This document shows, piece by piece, positions 41,701 to 51,709 of a stretch of 64,000 bases of DNA. The notes under the pieces were generated by a model. It searched no databases. It was not told the DNA's origin and saw nothing but the letters and a program-made list of their open reading frames with translations. Origin of the DNA: Tubiluchus corallicola (lineage: Eukaryota; Animalia; Priapulida); contig JAQGDQ010000172.1 of the NCBI GenBank assembly GCA_030141605.1, forward strand, positions 62,001-126,000, in the 5' to 3' direction. The position numbers were made by a program, and so were the translations under genes. The first letter of the stretch is position 1, and every line of letters begins with the position of its first letter.

Positions 41701-44700
41701 TCTAAGATGCAGTAGATTTTATTATCAGTGATTTTAATTATTATGCAGTGACTATTGTGTTTGAAAAAAATACATGTAATGTGTGTTTAAATGTATTTTA
41801 ATAATAGTCATAAGTTTTTTGCCAAAATTGCATGCAGTGTTTGTTTATTTCTCCTATGTCTTTATTACATCCACTCTATCAACTGTTTTAGCATAACTGA
41901 TGATGTCTACAACATGGGACAATCAGTTGGCTATTGCCCACAGACTAATGCCCTGGATGATTATTTAACCTGTCGAGAGATGCTACAGTTTTATAGTCGT
42001 TTGCGTGGCATGAGCAATGATGATAGGGAGGAGGTGAGTTTATTTTATTTTTGACAGAAGTGCTGTTATTTTTTTTTGCATTTTCAACATACTTTTCAGC
42101 CTCAAGTGTACTTTTCTCAAAGTATCTGTGTTACAAATCTTCTATAAACAATTTATTACCTACTCTTTATTTAATGTGAGAAGATCTTTTCATTTCAGAG
42201 TTTTGAAGATATTTTACTGATTATTTTGTAGTTTACAGCTGAACACTGTGATGTGAGTTATGCAGTATATTGACTGCATTTATCTAATTTAATCTTGAAT
42301 AAATCTTGAACTCATGCCTGGCAAAATTTCATTCAATCAGAAATTTTATTTCTTTGATGTATTGTCAGATTAGTGCAAATCCTGCAAAAATGCATCTTTA
42401 TTCAAGTTTGGATTACGGTTATAATCCAAATGGCTTAGGAAAATGGGTTTTCGTATTATTTGCCGTGTAATTGCAGTTTTGGCACCTAAAGGTCATAGAA
42501 ATCTCTTTAGTGTTTGCAAAATTAGTTGCTAAGCTCAACGTCACAATAACTGGACAATACAGAGTAACAAATAGCAAGCCAACTTGCACATCTCTAGAAA
42601 AAAATTTACTGAACTAGTAGAAGTGACTTGATTTGCCTATTCACAGCCTCACAGGTACATAAAATGCTGTGCATGTTTATTGTATTGCACTGTATTTTTT
42701 TAATTTATAGGTTGTGGAAAACACACTGTCTAGATTTAATTTGGAAGATGAAGCCAACAAACTTGTTATGCATTTGAGTGGTGGAAACAAGCGAAAGCTT
42801 TGTAGTGCCATCTCTATGCTTGGCAACCCTGACTTAGTCCTCATGGTAACACTGTTTTGTACACTTGATAAAAATTTTGTACAGTTAAGGTTTGTTTTAT
42901 CCTTCATAATGCACTCCATTAGTTTTAAAGTTTTTTGTTTTCTTGTAGGTTTTCTTGTATTGTATTTTCGATAGAACTTTTGCAATGACACGAGTAATTT
43001 ATCAATTATATATAAAGGAGATAGCCTAGTATCACACACACAACTGCAATCACTATCGAGGGCTGGCCATGCGGCTTGGCAAACTAGGCAGTTAGCCTAG
43101 GGCAACAAACTTTGGGGTGCCAAATTCTGGCAGTAATTCTTTAATTTCTAAAGTCAGCATAAGTAATGACATAGTGTATGTGTAATTAAGCCGCCTACAC
43201 TTAAATTAACTGATACGAACTACCTGAATTTTTTTTTTCAAAATGCGTGATTCATCGGTGCTAGCAAATGTTTTCTCACAAGTAAAACACATTTTACTTT
43301 TCTTTTCTCTGGTTCCCTAAGATTACAACATTTCACTCAAACACCACTGGCTCATGCATTTGCCCACATTTTCTATTATATACATAGAACAGCATAGTTA
43401 CGTAAATATTTATAGTAATGACCTTTCTGTTAATAAAAAAATGTTTACATTGGCATTTATCTAATTGTGGCAGACAAACCTATAAAGGATGAAATCTTCA
43501 GGGGCAGAATGCAGGAAATGAAAGGTAAACAAGCTGGCAAACATTGAACAGCAAAAAGAATCAATAATATTCACAAACAGACCAGAGTTATAGTTGTGAA
43601 GATGATGAAGCTAGTGGAATTGGTGTATAATGTGAAAAAGAGGAATTATGGGTTCAAACATTTTGAAAAGGCCGAAGAAAATTCAGCCAGGAGTAACAGA
43701 AATTGCAAAAAGTTGATTGCTCCTGAAGACTGTAGGATATACAATAGGGTCATATATTAGATAGGTAATTAACTACGCTTTATTAGAGCACTATAATACA
43801 CATAAGCCTAACACACAGGTACCATTATACTTTATTATAATATCATACAAAAAAAATTGCGATTGATGTTGGAATCGTGAGGAATGGGGTTGATCATTGA
43901 GGAGAGGGTGCTAAAAACACTTTTGCCTGGCGTCAAACTACCTAGGGCCAGTCCTGTCACTATCACACTAAAGTTTCCCTCTCAGTTAATATTTAAGCCT
44001 ATTGTAAGTCAATTCAAAATTACATTGTGGATTTTAAACAAACCTAGTTGTATAGAACTGCTTAGTATTAATAATAAAGTTTATATGTATATTCTTTTAT
44101 AATAAAACGTTCAAAGTGTAATTTTGAAAATGGAATACTATATAGGGAGCTAAATGTGAGTATACAGTAAGTCCTCGCTTAACGACGCTAATGCGCTCCA
44201 GTAAAACTGCTAGAAAAATCAGTACTGCTTAAATAATACAAGTTTAGCATTCTGTGACTGTTATTCATATTTCTTCTGATTAATGTCTTTCTGCTTGCCT
44301 GAAACCACCTATATATTTTTCTTACCCACACCTAGCTAGAGCGGCTTCTCGTTTGTTAACATTTAAAGCCTAGGCAGCGGTTAAGCAATAAACAGTGTAT
44401 AGTCAAAGCCAAACCCTGGGGCGTCCTTGGGGATTTTATCTACATACCTACACTTAGTCTGATTCTACAGCAACTGGTTGCAGACAAAATTCCTTGCATA
44501 AAGTTTGCTCGCTCGTCATTTGATAGTTCTAGTAGTAGTAGCGTCAGTAGTCAGTCGGGAAGCAAAAACATATAATAGCACTGTTTATGCATCTTTAGAA
44601 CAGAATAACGCAGTACGTTTTTAATGTGTCAAATTAGGTAAAAATGTTATTGATAAAATAAAAAATTTGCGTTGAGCAAAGTAAAAAATCGTCGTTAAAG

Positions 44701-47700
44701 TGAAGCAAGTGTCATTAAGTGAAAAAAAGCATCGTCAAAACGAAACGTCGTTAAGCGAGGACACTGTATATACTTTATGCAGTGTAATGAAACTGCAAGA
44801 TATTGTACAGTGAAAAATAGTTAATCACAGTTAAGGTTTTGAAGTTATTTTAAATATGTACGACAAATATTCTATGAATAATTCTTGAAAAAGCAGTTTT
44901 TAAAAACTTTGGTCCATTTTTGGACCAGATTTAAAAGTATGAACATTATCATTAATTAAGTATACAATGAAAGCAATTTGTTTCATTGTTTCAGAGCTAT
45001 AGCTCTTTGTTGAAGGAACCGGATTATACTTGAGCATCGGTAATACAGTTGCAATTTAATTTTAACAACTTCAGCACCCTAGATCACGCATGTGTGCTCA
45101 TATGAGGTATGGAATATGTAGAGAAAAACTGCAAATTTAAAAACTGTAAATGATGTTTATTTTCAGGATGAGCCTACTACTGGCATGGATCCTCAAACTA
45201 GAAGACAAGTTTGGAATAACATCATTAATTCTATCAAAGACAAGCGTTCTGTTATTCTAACATCTCACAGGTAAGTTCTCATTTTGTACTTATGGCATGT
45301 GTAAGGCATGATATAACTATCCTACTAATGCGAGCTGATTATTAAACTTTTGCTTTTGTTCATTTCAAAAAAAATCAACAACTGTTTAGAAAAATAAATT
45401 GTTTAGATAAGAAAATCAACAAATAAAACAAACAGTATGTAATATGAAATGAGCCAGTCTGATTTAAGATTTGAACACAAGGCTTTGTGCTAGATTGTGC
45501 CTTAGTCAGGGTGCTAATTGAGCTAGCTGTCATATAAATATTCAAAGCTAGAATTTCAAGTGCATAATGTTAGTGATGCATTAAATTTTATATTGTATTG
45601 TATGTAATGGTGAAACTGTAGGGAGTACATAGGTAAAAATAGTATTAAAGGAGTTTAGCAGATAGACTAGTTTTAGCAGATAATCAAGCTCATCTGCTGA
45701 AATTTTACAAAATCTTGAGCTTGCCAGTTGGATTCCATTTTGTTGATGGCTGAGTGTGAGTTATCATTCCTTTGTTTTATTATTGCAGTATGGAAGAGTG
45801 TGACAATCTGTGCACCCAAATAGGAATACTTGTTAATGGAGAATTTAAGTGCCTTGGCTCTCCACAGCACTTGAAAGATCGGTGAGAAATTAATCTGTTA
45901 TCAATTGAAAACACTCATCAGGAACACGTTGGGACAGAAAAAGAAATTTTAGAAAAATTGTGACTGAAACCAGAATGTAACTAAGGATGTGACTTAATAT
46001 TTTATGAAGAATTGTAGATTTATTGTATCACTAACTCACTATCTAAATGGTAATAATAGCAAAGCTACACATGTCAAGTCCAAATGGCTTCTTTACAGTA
46101 TTAATATACAGTAGTATACAATATGAAGTAGTCAGCCTATATTTATATATATATATATGAAAACCTGTACGTTTTTTTTATAAAGTCTCTATTTGCCAAA
46201 GAAAAATTCGATTTATTGTTTCATGTAAGTTTTGTGGACTTACATATTTATCTGTTATTGTACCAACAACTAATGTGTTTTATGCAGTAAAGACTGTGCT
46301 GAAATACTTTATTGTTCTATAGTTGTTAGTTGAGCCTTTTCATTGTTTTCTATAGATTTGGTGAAGGTTACACCGTGTTAATAAAAGTGGGAGGTCATCC
46401 GCCATCTCTGCATCCTGTAATAAACTTTATGAGAACGAATTTTGATGGTTGCATCTTAAAGGTAAATGAATTTGAACTAATGCTTTATATGCTGCTTTTG
46501 TACGAAATTGTACATCTTTCGTGAATAGGGTGATCATTAGATAAATAGTAGTGGCTTTAATTACTTTGCGTAGAATGGGTTTGATACGTTCCTCAGTATT
46601 AATTTAGATACAACTAAAAATTTATGAACTGCAATCTAAAAATAAACAAGAACAAAACCAAAGTTAAATTGTAATAAACTGAGATCAGGAAATTTTATTG
46701 TCATATTAACTTCTGTATGCTGTATATAATTAGACCAGTTGGACCAATAATTAAAGATCTGTTCTTTTTTATCTGCAAAAATAATTCATTTTGCAGAGTA
46801 AGCAATTTAACACAATACAGTTCAGCTTGCCAGCCAAAAGTGACATGTTGTCTAAAATTTTTGGCTATTTGGAGCGAGAACGCCACAACCTCAACATAGA
46901 AGAATATACTGTGAATCAAACTAGTTTAGATCAGGTGAGATAACTTAACAGATGCATTGAGTCTTGAAAGGCACAGTTTGCTCTCTTATGATTCCTGTTG
47001 TACCATCATTGTACTATTTCGTATGCAGACTTTATTACAAGTTGTTTAGTTGTATGTTTGTTTGTTTAAATAAGAAAATTTTGAAATGTCACTTGTAGTG
47101 TACAATTAGCAAGTCAGTCCGTTTGTATAACAACCACGGGGATGTTTGAAAACTACAGTATCATTTGCCGAAATTGTAACACACAGTCATTGTGTTAAAG
47201 TAATTAAACAGTAATGTAAGTTTTAAATGGGAGGGGTAAAATTTTATGTTGAAATACTCGGCTTGTTTGAATAGTGTTACATCTAAATTTCTAGAAGTAT
47301 TGTTGACAATATGCACCAATTGCTGTTTGAAAAGCTACACAATATTTGTGTTTGTTTATTTTGACTTGCTGTTTATCATAAGTCAACAAACTTGTGTCTT
47401 ATACCTGAAACTGGGCTGTTTTCTCTAGCCTTTAATGCTATAAATAACTTTGAAGTCCTTTCTACTGCTTTTTGTGAATGATTTTTTTCTGTTTCACATT
47501 TATGGGATATTTGCATAGGTTTTTGCTAACTTGTCTCAGAAGCAAACTGATGGGTTAGAAGCAGATGATGTGTCTCTGGACCAATCAGGGATTCCAGAGC
47601 TTGGCAAGTGCCCATATTATCTTTAACAAGGAAATGAAATTCCAGAAATATTATTTGAGATTATATTTCTATTTCTCAGGTGAAATGTTTTTAGTTAAAC

Positions 47701-49327
47701 ACAACACAACATTATTAAAACTTTTACATTAAAAAGTTAAAATCATGCCAAACGTTTTGACTAGTTGCTGCTGTCATCATCAATGGTAAATTTACGAACA
47801 TACAGCTAGTTTATATAGACAGAACCTATTATGCACCATTTAAGTAGTTAACAGAAGCCAAACGGGTAATGAATAAACAGACCAGTAAAGAAATTGATAC
47901 AGTAACAAATAGCAAAGTGTTTGAAAATAAGGTTAAAGGAACTGAGGAGTTCCTCTTTTTAATGTAAATGTTTTTAATAAAGTTGTGTTGTTTTTAACTA
48001 CAAATATTTTTATGTGCCTGTAATAAAACTGGCTTGAAATGTTTTTTTGTTAAGCTGTGCTGTAGATAGAGCAAACAAACAAAATTTACTGTAGACTGCT
48101 GTAATATAGTATGTATTATGGTGTACATTATCATTGTATGAAAGTATATAGTAAACGAATGATGACATAACATTACTACAAGTAAATGGTTTATGTTTTG
48201 CTGGTTATAAGTTTTAACTGAATAGCATGCCATAGTAAATAATGTTATCTTTTCACCTAGGTAATGCTCCTAAAAGCAAGTATATATATGAAAATCCAAC
48301 CTATGACAGTGACAACTCGACGATTCCGCCACCGGCAGAATTTGCAAATCATGTGTACGAGGAATTGCCAAAGCAGTATGGACGCAATTTACTATTAGAG
48401 GCACCTAAACCAAATGACCTCAGCCCTGATGGCAACTTAAAAGCAGAAATCCATGTTTCTTCTCCAGACAATACACACGATGAAGATGATAATAAAGAGC
48501 TTGAAATAACTGATGTAAGGTTTGTTAATCGAAGCACTGCTCAAAAGTTTGGTACATTCCATTTACCGTTTTCCTTATATGCAACACTTGTATTACATTT
48601 TTCTTAACCTTGAAAGTAGTGCCAAACTGTAAAAACCTTCATAAAACGGTTGTTGCCTTCAGTGAATAGCTTGATGTGAAAAGTAGTACATGAACCTTAG
48701 CTGATTAATTATTTATTGTTTTAAACATAAAGATTATTAAGCGATTGCGAGATGAAGTGGTATTCAATCTTTGTCCGAAAAAAGATTGCATTGAATACTA
48801 CAAATCCAAGTATTCTGATACACTCATGTCCCGGGCATGTACAACAGTTAGCATAATGCACAGATTGCAGTTGGCACTAAGCCACACCTCCCTGCCTTTT
48901 GCCTTGCAAACTCTTGCAGGCTGACAGCCACTACCATACAGAATAACTGTAAACATATGGGAAAAAAACACCAAAAAGGAGTGGATGTTTTGTAAAAATT
49001 TGTAACTTATTTCAGAAATTTATCACTGTTATACTTACCGGACTAGAAGAAATAAGAGCGTTTAATTATTTCGATCAAGGATATGATTGTCCTGTAACAT
49101 TTTAATTTCCACCAAACATATAGGATTAGATTAATCCATACAATCAGTTTTTGTTTTGTTTATAGATAGAGGAGGTAGCAGAGCATGATACTGAAACACT
49201 ACCACTACGAGTGCCTCCCCCAGCAGCAGACTACCAGAGTCCTCCCCCAGCACCGGATTATCAGAGTCCACCATTGCAGTCAAATCAAAAGCCCAATTTC
49301 AAAGTAACTGACAGCACAGACTGCTAA
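113..49327 (+). CDS. ABCA: ABCA-subfamily full-length ABC lipid transporter (ABCA1/ABCA12/ABCA13-like), 5'-partial, 59 exons
   Basis: Predicted exons, all phase-compatible: 113-195, 1263-1457, 3206-3423, 3649-3782, 4670-4788, 5901-5975, 6310-6494, 6998-7131, 7401-7489, 8000-8184, 8699-8841, 9006-9103, 9744-9940, 11273-11400, 12032-12245, 13613-13767, 13952-14023, 15584-15702, 16488-16679, 17468-17675, 18048-18197, 18796-18935, 19295-19408, 19998-20185, 20710-20801, 20931-21069, 21991-22167, 22279-22387, 23048-23238, 24088-24226, 24918-25122, 25614-25751, 27176-27365, 27830-27961, 28653-28736, 30149-30345, 30797-30873, 31113-31257, 31582-31793, 33102-33574, 33986-34100, 34221-34360, 35282-35472, 36515-36575, 36975-37268, 38185-38332, 38634-38752, 39679-39804, 40124-40316, 40700-40806, 41892-42033, 42711-42845, 45167-45270, 45789-45881, 46356-46461, 46797-46934, 47519-47603, 48261-48514, 49166-49327. 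ABCA hallmarks: [40 protein letters not shown], two Walker A motifs, LSGG signatures, DEPTSG/DEPTTG, TTLEEVF, TSLDQVFANLS. The exact orthologue cannot be determined. Confidence 0.93.
584..903. mobile_element. Possible degenerate hAT-type MITE
   Basis: CAGTGGTGTAG ... CTGCACTCCTG imperfect TIRs; flanks CTCATAGA / GTCACCGA match only partly. Confidence 0.35.
1975..2490. mobile_element. Non-autonomous hAT element (MITE)
   Basis: Perfect 12-bp TIRs CAGTGGCGGCTC...GAGCCGCCACTG and a perfect 8-bp TSD GGTAGCAC at 1967-1974 and 2491-2498. Confidence 0.9.
4935..5131. repeat. Inverted repeat / small MITE
   Basis: TTTATGTAGCATCCGGAATGCACTATGC at 4935 pairs with GCATATGCATACCGGATGCTACATAAA at 5105-5131. 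Confidence 0.7.
11800..11865 (-). mobile_element. tRNA-derived SINE-like head (degenerate)
   Basis: B-box GGTTCAAATCC on the - strand (GGATTTGAACC) preceded on + by AAAAATTGTGG; similar to 59250-59320. No intact cloverleaf. Confidence 0.45.
12328..12688 (+). repeat. Diverged direct repeat of about 65 bp resembling a mariner-type terminus
   Basis: TGTGTTTTACAGG(GTG/ATT)TTCCAAAAGAAATG...CAAATGCTATA(G/A)GCAT at about 12328-12392 and about 12622-12688. Confidence 0.6.
14725..15170. repeat. (CAT/CGT)n plus GT-rich (GTG/GTGTG)n low-complexity tract with an internal tandem duplication of about 73 bp
   Basis: The unit TGGATGAC.TGGTGTGGGTAGGGTGGTGGAGTGG.AT.GTGTGGGACTGTGGGTACTGTGGTGT occurs twice (about 14963 and about 15035). 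Confidence 0.9.
21472..21907. mobile_element. Non-autonomous hAT element (Ac-like ends)
   Basis: TIRs TAGTGATGGGC / GTCCATCACTA, 8-bp TSD ATATTGGC vs ATACTGGC (7/8), and subterminal GATTAATC-type repeats at about 21790-21900. Confidence 0.8.
22279..25751 (+). CDS. ABCA: ABCA transmembrane domain 1 (TM2-TM6) exons
   Basis: Hydrophobic exons: [65 protein letters not shown], all typical of ABCA. Confidence 0.92.
23745..23787. repeat. (TG)n(CGTG)n microsatellite
   Basis: Directly visible in the sequence. Confidence 0.95.
26620..26954 (+). mobile_element. Partial second copy of the 44165-44766 MITE family
   Basis: Shares GAAGCAAAAACATATAAT, AGAACAGAATAA and TTGAGCAAAGTAAAAAA with that element and ends GTCGTTAAGCGAGGACTTACTG|TA. 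The left TIR was not found. Confidence 0.78.
27176..31793 (+). CDS. ABCA: ABCA nucleotide-binding domain 1 and regulatory domain 1 exons
   Basis: Walker [11 protein letters not shown]-loop [10 protein letters not shown], signature LSGGMRRR, Walker [13 protein letters not shown]-switch STHHLDEAD, and [13 protein letters not shown]. Confidence 0.96.
28157..28490 (-). mobile_element. LINE (CR1/L2 group) ORF2 C-terminal remnant
   Basis: Translation [10 protein letters not shown]...[16 protein letters not shown] resembles the LxWxxLxxRR...SFFPRTxxxWNxLP tail of CR1/L2-group ORF2 proteins. Confidence 0.72.
28769..29851. mobile_element. Possible old hAT-type non-autonomous element
   Basis: Ends CAAGGGCGGACCCAG / CTGAATCCACTTCTG form an imperfect inverted pair, with GGGGGTCTGG-type subterminal motifs. 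No TSD match. Confidence 0.45.
31903..32347. repeat. Long foldback inverted repeat (arms of about 200 bp, loop of about 35 bp)
   Basis: For example, AGATAAAATGTTAAAACAGTAT..CAGTGTAAAACAA.AACATTAAAAGC.AAAATAGGA..TAAACATCA is reverse-complementary to about 32179-32252. Confidence 0.85.
33102..39804 (+). CDS. ABCA: ABCA TM7, ECD2 and transmembrane domain 2 exons
   Basis: [74 protein letters not shown]. Confidence 0.93.
33676..33753 (+). repeat. 78-nt intronic hairpin
   Basis: GATTTATGCCTAGTAATCGACTTGTG pairs with CGCAAGTCGGTTGCTAGGCATAAATC. Confidence 0.8.
40124..47603 (+). CDS. ABCA: ABCA nucleotide-binding domain 2 and regulatory domain 2 exons
   Basis: [12 protein letters not shown], Walker [76 protein letters not shown] (VFVNFA-like). 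Confidence 0.96.
43058..43956. mobile_element. Non-autonomous hAT element
   Basis: Ends GAGGGCTGGCC / GGCCAGTCCTG and a perfect 8-bp TSD TCACTATC at 43050-43057 and 43957-43964. Confidence 0.82.
44165..44766. mobile_element. Tc1/mariner superfamily (pogo/Tigger-like) MITE
   Basis: TA|CAGTAAGTCCTCGCTTAACGACG ... CGTCGTTAAGCGAGGACACTG|TA, i.e. TIRs of about 23 bp with TA TSDs. Confidence 0.88.
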
Positions 49328-50552
49328 ACATTATTACTGTCGTAGCCTTCTCTCCACGTCTTTCTTGTCTTAGGTTTCACAGTGACAGTCTACATTCATA
49401 GTTTCTACTGCACTTCAGGCAAATACTTTAGTTTTGTCTTTTTTCTTTTTACTAATCTGGAATCATATAAGATGAACAGTGTTTGCATTGCTGATTTTGA
49501 TCTCACCATAAAATCAAGGAATTTTATTTCGCAACGTGTCGCTAACCTTTCTCATGATGGTATTTTTGACTCGAAGTCTCAACCTTTTTACAATACTTTG
49601 ACTGAAATTTCTTTCGTCATATGAACAAATGATTGAACTGTACAAGTGCAATAATGTTTTTGGCAGTGTTCAAGGAAGCCAGCACATTACATTCTCACTT
49701 TGCTTAGCATTATTTGCTGTAGTTGCACTGCACATTGTACTAATAAATGTGCTTTGCGATTTATGTATATAGATGTAATCTAGATACTGGTGTTATATAA
49801 GATATGGGGAATTTGCAAAATGTAGCTGGTTTTTAGGGATGCCTAGCATTCGTCTGTTTTATGTGACATCATACTTTATTTTTATAAAAGTAATTATTGT
49901 TAGTTACTGTTGTTGCTGACACTGTTTTTCTTACGTGCTGAAATACTGTACAAATGGGATATTAGTTTGTACAAAATTTCTCCATTTTCTTTAGGCTTGG
50001 ATTCTGTAACAATCATTAATTTTATAATGACTAAATATCTGAATTTTCCTTTGTCACTTTTGCAAAATGCAAGCATATTTTCGTGCACAAAATTCTCATG
50101 GGACTAACATTCTTGGTGTCTAAAACCTGAATAGTGTTTAGTTCGCATGTGATGTTTAGAAAACTGACTATCCATAGCACAATGCCGGAATTAATCAAAT
50201 TATGCACATTCGATATAAATATTGTAATTATTCTGTTATCTTCCATGTTTCGTTGGTACTTTTTGCTTTGCTGTATTGATTTTCTGTAAAAACTGATTTG
50301 CTTTTGAGCCTATTGTGTTTTTAAAACTTTTCTTTTAAAGACAGAAATTCACAAAAATGTTATCAACTTTTCACTAATGACATATTCATAATACCTTAAT
50401 ATCTGTGCATTACTAATAAAATGATCTTTCAGTTTCCCCAGAAACTGCATTAATATATTTCCCATAACCACTGATGAATAAATTGTTTTTATTTCACATT
50501 TGGTTTGTCTAATAAGCAGCTTTATAACTAATTACCCTGCCTTTCCTCGCAG

Positions 50553-50708
50553 TTGAATATACCCGTTTCTGATAGTCCAAACGAAGGCAAAGAAAAGTCA
50601 TGGACAGCAGTAGATAGTAGTTCTGAAACTGACACACTGCAAGGAGACTCAGAACCATGTGACGAAGAGGGATTCATCAATACAGAGGATGCAGACACAT
50701 GGTTGTAA
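50553..50708 (+). CDS. ABCA: Alternative terminal coding exon of the ABCA gene (51 aa, ends DTWL*)
   Basis: Branch-point-like CTAAT, a pyrimidine tract and CAG (AG at 50551-50552) precede a phase-0 open frame LNIPVSDSPNEGKEKSW...EDADTWL-TAA. It is phase-compatible with donors at 48515 (GAT|gtaagg) and 49304 (AAA|gtaact), and has coding-like composition within AT-rich flanks. Confidence 0.7.
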   Translation: MNIPVSDSPNEGKEKSWTAVDSSSETDTLQGDSEPCDEEGFINTEDADTWL

Positions 50709-51692
50709 ATGATGTGATGACAAATTGCACGAATTTGTCTCAACTTACCATTTTGCAATATTAAAGTAATTGACGGATTATATTGCATTTTATTAATACG
50801 TGTAAAAGATTAAATGTTGTAACATCATATATTCATGTAATTTGCTCAGCTGCTGTAGCATTTTAATATCAAAGTGATTCTAAATGATGGAATTTAGGCT
50901 ATCAGATAAAAGCTGTTAGCTTAAAGTATTAATTGCCACCCTAATTGTTTTGCTATTTTTGTTTTATGTTCTCGTATGTTGCTGTTTTACATTAATTACA
51001 TCAATTATGTGCCCATTTGCCATTATCTTTATTTACTCAATTTGAGTAACTTTTTATTATAAATACTTTTTATGATAAGATTTTAACTCTCGCTTTATAG
51101 TCTATTTTGTACTTTTACATCAATGCAACAAAATGTGATAAACAAAAATTATAATTATTTTATGCATAATACCTATTGTTTTTTATTTCACTAGCATTAC
51201 AGAATCTCTATGGACTTTTTTGCTAATGTAGCATATATATTGTATGAAATAACAATGCAATTTTAGAGTATCATTGTCAAGCATTTTTATCATGTATCCT
51301 TGAATATAATATTTTTGTGTCCTTATTGTATATTTAAGAAATTAAGGTGAGAGATCTGCTTAGTTTGCTAGTCTGTGAATGTGGGCTGTGTCATTTGATC
51401 AGTAAGGTTGGACATAAATTTATTTTGTTTTATAGTTGTCTAGTTGTTTAGAACCAATTACCAGTAATTTAGTTGTCTGATATCATATTTTAGAAATTAG
51501 AATTTAAAAGATATATACTTTTACTACACAGTATACAATTAGTGTATCTTTTACATATTTAAGGTGCATTTTGAATTATACATCGTGTTTTGGGTAACAA
51601 TATTAAAAATGCCTTGTAAGCTTTACAACAGTTTTTCATGACTATGTATTCATTACAATAACAAAAAGGTAAAAAGTGAACTGAATAATTAT

Positions 51693-51709
51693 ATTAAATT
51701 ACATTTATT
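51693..51709. terminator. Candidate convergent polyadenylation signals (ATTAAA on + at 51693-51698; AATAAA on - at 51704-51709)
   Basis: The hexamers sit where the + strand switches from T-rich (ABCA 3'UTR-like) to A-rich (antisense of an AP3M 3'UTR). Such hexamers are common in AT-rich DNA. Confidence 0.35.
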
